A stretch of DNA of 45,006 bases from positions 1 to 45,006 of IMG/VR virus record IMGVR_UViG_3300025851_000003. One strand, written 5' to 3'. Positions within the stretch are counted from its first letter, which is position 1, and every line of letters starts with the position of its first letter. The notes below the pieces were generated by a model. It searched no databases and was not told where the DNA came from. It worked only from the letters and a program-made list of their open reading frames with translations. This document shows positions 42,699 to 45,006 of this stretch, one piece after another. A program made the translations under genes and the position numbers. This stretch comes from a virus.

Positions 42699-44537
42699 TT
42701 ATATCTCCGCCTCTGCTACCCAGTGGAATCGTAAGTCATCACCAGCTGCTGGTGTTCCTGATGCGTATACACCTGTGCCCGTCTGTCCGGGATTATAGAC
42801 AATAGCTGATATGTCGGAGACTATGCCATCATTTCTCATCGTTGTCAAAGTGCCTGTAATGGGACTATAGACGGATATAGTAGGTGTAGCATACATCCTC
42901 GTACCAAACGTAACCTGTGTAACAGGGGTGATCAACCCTGTACCTTCGTAAATATAAGACCCTACGGCTGTTACAGCTTGCGGCCCATCTTCATAGTTAT
43001 AAGACTTCTGATAGTATCGCTCACACTGTGCTAGGTTCTCACCGAAAGGTAAGGTTATAAGTGGAGTAGCTACATCACCTATCTCTGCTTTAATATTAGC
43101 TAACTGTACAACAGCTGTAGGGTTAGCATTAATACTACCACCGAAGAAGTCTGTGCCTGCATAGGTATAGAACTCTAGAGCCCAGTACGAGTCATCAGTA
43201 ACAGTCGTAGTACCTAGATCGGTTAAGGGTATGGTAACTTCGTACTGTGTCCACGTACCATCAATATCTACAGGAGTTGCTTCGATAGTTGTAGGAGCCG
43301 AACCGCCAGTACCGTGGTTAGCATTGATAAGTACTAGAACTTTCTGATTAGTTTCCGCACCATTAGCTAGGAAGGATACTGTTAGATTCTTAGCTGGTGC
43401 ATCTGAACGCGAACGTAGTAAGGTTTTAACATTCTCAATCCTCTGTATCAGTCCAGCAACACCATTCGTAGCGTTAAGGCTTGTGTAATCCATCTCAATA
43501 ATCTTACAATTCTTACGACCTGATAGTAGGTTGACTACCGAGGAGTCATCTCTAAGCTGGGGAGTAATACTTCCAGAAGTACCTCCACGTGCCATAAGCC
43601 ATCTATCTGCTATATAACCTTGCGGGGTTACACCGTCTAGTGTTGTGATCTCACCATCACGTTGATCTACTTCAAAATCACTATTCATCAACTCGTTGTT
43701 GTTCACAGTAACCAATGGTTCTAAAGCAGCTAACTCTATCTGAAGGTTAGCGTTTGATACTGCATCATCATCACCGGGGCCAATGATACCAGTCATATCT
43801 AACACAGCGATAGCATTGTTAATTCGTGTCTCTGCCTCTCCAACTTGGAATGCACCGTTAGCTGCGATGACTGCATCAGCACTTGCTGTACCAGCTGCAC
43901 CTGTAGCTATGGTAGCTTGTGCCCCTGCTAGTTGCACTTGATCGTTAGCTAGTTGAACCTCATCAGCTGCTAGTCCTACTTGGACTACACACTTAGCTAC
44001 CTCATCCTCAGCTAGACCTACTTGAATTATTGATTGGTTGTAAGCATTGATTGCTGATTGATTGGAGGCTTCTGAATCTATTGCTGATTGAGCTGCTGCT
44101 GCCTCACTAGCTCCTATCGTAGCTACACCATTGTTAGCTGTTACAGCACTAGCCGCCGCTGCTATTGCACTGTCTGCTGCTGATGAAGCTTGTTGTGTTG
44201 CTGCTAACTCTGCTGCATCAACCTGTGCTATAATGTCTATACCACCTGATAGGATATTAGTAGCATCGATACTATTGACATTGAGTAGATCATTGCTGTC
44301 AGCATCTAGATCGTGATCCATGTTATTGGACTCACCCATAACCGCTGTTCGCCATAACACATTCGTATTAAGGGCATCCTCTACTTGTTGGAACCGAGCG
44401 TTAACATCTTGTTGCAGGTTATACCCACCGCTAACATCTGCTATTGTAATCTTAGCCAATGGCTTATCTCCTCTATTTGAATTAGTGCTACCCTCTACCG
44501 CATACTTTGTTTCGGCTTGGGTGGGTAGCGAACCCAT
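42699..44537 (-). CDS. Tail fibre protein (612 aa)
   Basis: The N-terminal pattern NARFQQVEDALNTNVLWR...NNMDHDLDADSNDLLNV is the conserved podovirus fibre/spike N-terminus as I remember it (N..F..IE.ALN..LSR.....N.M...LDM..N.I.NL). An Ala-rich coiled-coil shaft and a beta-rich C-terminal domain follow. Confidence 0.7.
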   Translation of the reverse strand: MGSLPTQAETKYAVEGSTNSNRGDKPLAKITIADVSGGYNLQQDVNARFQQVEDALNTNVLWRTAVMGESNNMDHDLDADSNDLLNVNSIDATNILSGGIDIIAQVDAAELAATQQASSAADSAIAAAASAVTANNGVATIGASEAAAAQSAIDSEASNQSAINAYNQSIIQVGLAEDEVAKCVVQVGLAADEVQLANDQVQLAGAQATIATGAAGTASADAVIAANGAFQVGEAETRINNAIAVLDMTGIIGPGDDDAVSNANLQIELAALEPLVTVNNNELMNSDFEVDQRDGEITTLDGVTPQGYIADRWLMARGGTSGSITPQLRDDSSVVNLLSGRKNCKIIEMDYTSLNATNGVAGLIQRIENVKTLLRSRSDAPAKNLTVSFLANGAETNQKVLVLINANHGTGGSAPTTIEATPVDIDGTWTQYEVTIPLTDLGTTTVTDDSYWALEFYTYAGTDFFGGSINANPTAVVQLANIKAEIGDVATPLITLPFGENLAQCERYYQKSYNYEDGPQAVTAVGSYIYEGTGLITPVTQVTFGTRMYATPTISVYSPITGTLTTMRNDGIVSDISAIVYNPGQTGTGVYASGTPAAGDDLRFHWVAEAEI

Positions 44538-44644
44538 TTCTAAATTCTTTATGTATAGGATACATCCTTATCATGATACATAGTCATGCTTCTCATTAAC
44601 TTCTTTATTGACTTCTTTTTAACTCTTCTTTTTAAAGATACTAT

Positions 44645-44674
44645 ATTAGACAACAAAAGTTGGAAAAAGTTCAA
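44645..44674 (-). promoter_or_regulatory. Conserved promoter copy C (minus strand): TTGAAC-N18-TCTAAT ahead of the tail-fibre/terminase block
   Basis: The reverse complement of 44669-44674 is TTGAAC and of 44645-44650 is TCTAAT, with an 18-nt spacer and AAAAATAAA immediately upstream of the -35. Confidence 0.6.
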
Positions 44675-44879
44675 TTTATTTTTAAATTATTTTAAATCAG
44701 TTATAAATATAAGAAGAAGGTAGAAGATAAGACCTGTATAGTATCATGATGTAACGTAGGAGATAGTATGATTAGTAGAGCGAGTTATGAGACTAGTTAC
44801 CCTTGTATGTAACGAGCGATCACGTGATTTATATATATTGGCCTCTACCTGTATAGGTGTAATCTTAAGGAGTCCTCCG

Positions 44880-45006
44880 AATTAGTCGACAGTAGTCTCC
44901 TTCTCATAATTCCTCTGAGATATTTTTAAGGTGCTAAGAACACAAGCGTCCCGGCCCCTGCCCCCCATACACGCCCTTTATGGAAGTAGCCACTAACATT
45001 GATTTG
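44880..45006. repeat. Terminal duplication, right copy (identical to 1-127)
   Basis: Exact direct repeat of bases 1-127. Either an assembler overlap marking circular closure or a genuine short direct terminal repeat. Confidence 0.95.

Noticed and set aside
43880-44330. Repetitive Ala/Gln/Val-rich DNA in the tail fibre gene, as a possible tandem repeat, CRISPR-like array or hypervariable cassette
   Set aside because: The repeats are imperfect and in frame, and they encode a coiled-coil shaft (QVGLAEDEV / QVGLAADEV / QLANDQVQLAG). There is no regular repeat-spacer structure.
1-45006. tRNA, rRNA, CRISPR arrays, integrase or repressor lysogeny module, transposase or IS elements, phage RNA polymerase
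   Set aside because: None were recognised on either strand by eye. All large ORFs are accounted for by replication, lysis, virion or island functions. Small structured RNAs cannot be excluded without a covariance-model scan.

Overview
This window is a complete or near-complete dsDNA phage genome. Bases 1-127 are repeated exactly at 44880-45006, so the unique length is 44879 bp. That fits either a closed circular assembly or a short direct terminal repeat. Two gene arms converge on a hairpin terminator at about 22.5 kb. The plus arm (363-22500) starts with a string of tiny, translationally coupled early ORFs. It continues with an 8-kb island of amide-bond-forming enzymes and a T7-style replication module: gp4-like primase-helicase, family A DNA polymerase, SSB with an acidic tail, FEN-type exonuclease and RusA. 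It ends with a signal-anchored GH24 lysozyme, a truncated HslV/proteasome-like Ntn peptidase and small membrane proteins. The minus arm (44537 down to 22553) carries the virion genes. In transcription order these are tail fibre, candidate small terminase, large terminase, portal, scaffold, major capsid, several fibre or receptor-binding candidates, gp11/gp12-like tail tubular proteins and large internal virion proteins. I saw no phage RNA polymerase, integrase, repressor, tRNA, rRNA or CRISPR array. All functional calls come from motifs recognised by eye, plus synteny and size; no database search was possible. Three findings stand out. (1) The 3.7-11.6 kb island holds a COOH-NH2 ligase, a GS-like amidoligase, a class II glutamine amidotransferase, an ATP-grasp enzyme and a gamma-glutamyl cyclotransferase. 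Seven tandem paralogous small proteins are interleaved with these enzymes; their N-terminal domains vary but they share a near-invariant acidic C-terminal tail. I read this as a candidate phage peptide-tagging or protein-modification system encoded next to its own substrates. (2) A 14-16 bp palindrome, (T)GTAGTCTAGACTAC(A), occurs 16 times, 15 of them in the first 18 kb. The way its variants fit the reading frames indicates selection at the DNA or RNA level. (3) Three copies of a conserved sigma70-like promoter module (TTGAAC-N18-TCTAAT with an A-rich upstream tract) sit in front of the primase-helicase gene, the tail-tubular gene block and the tail-fibre/terminase block.
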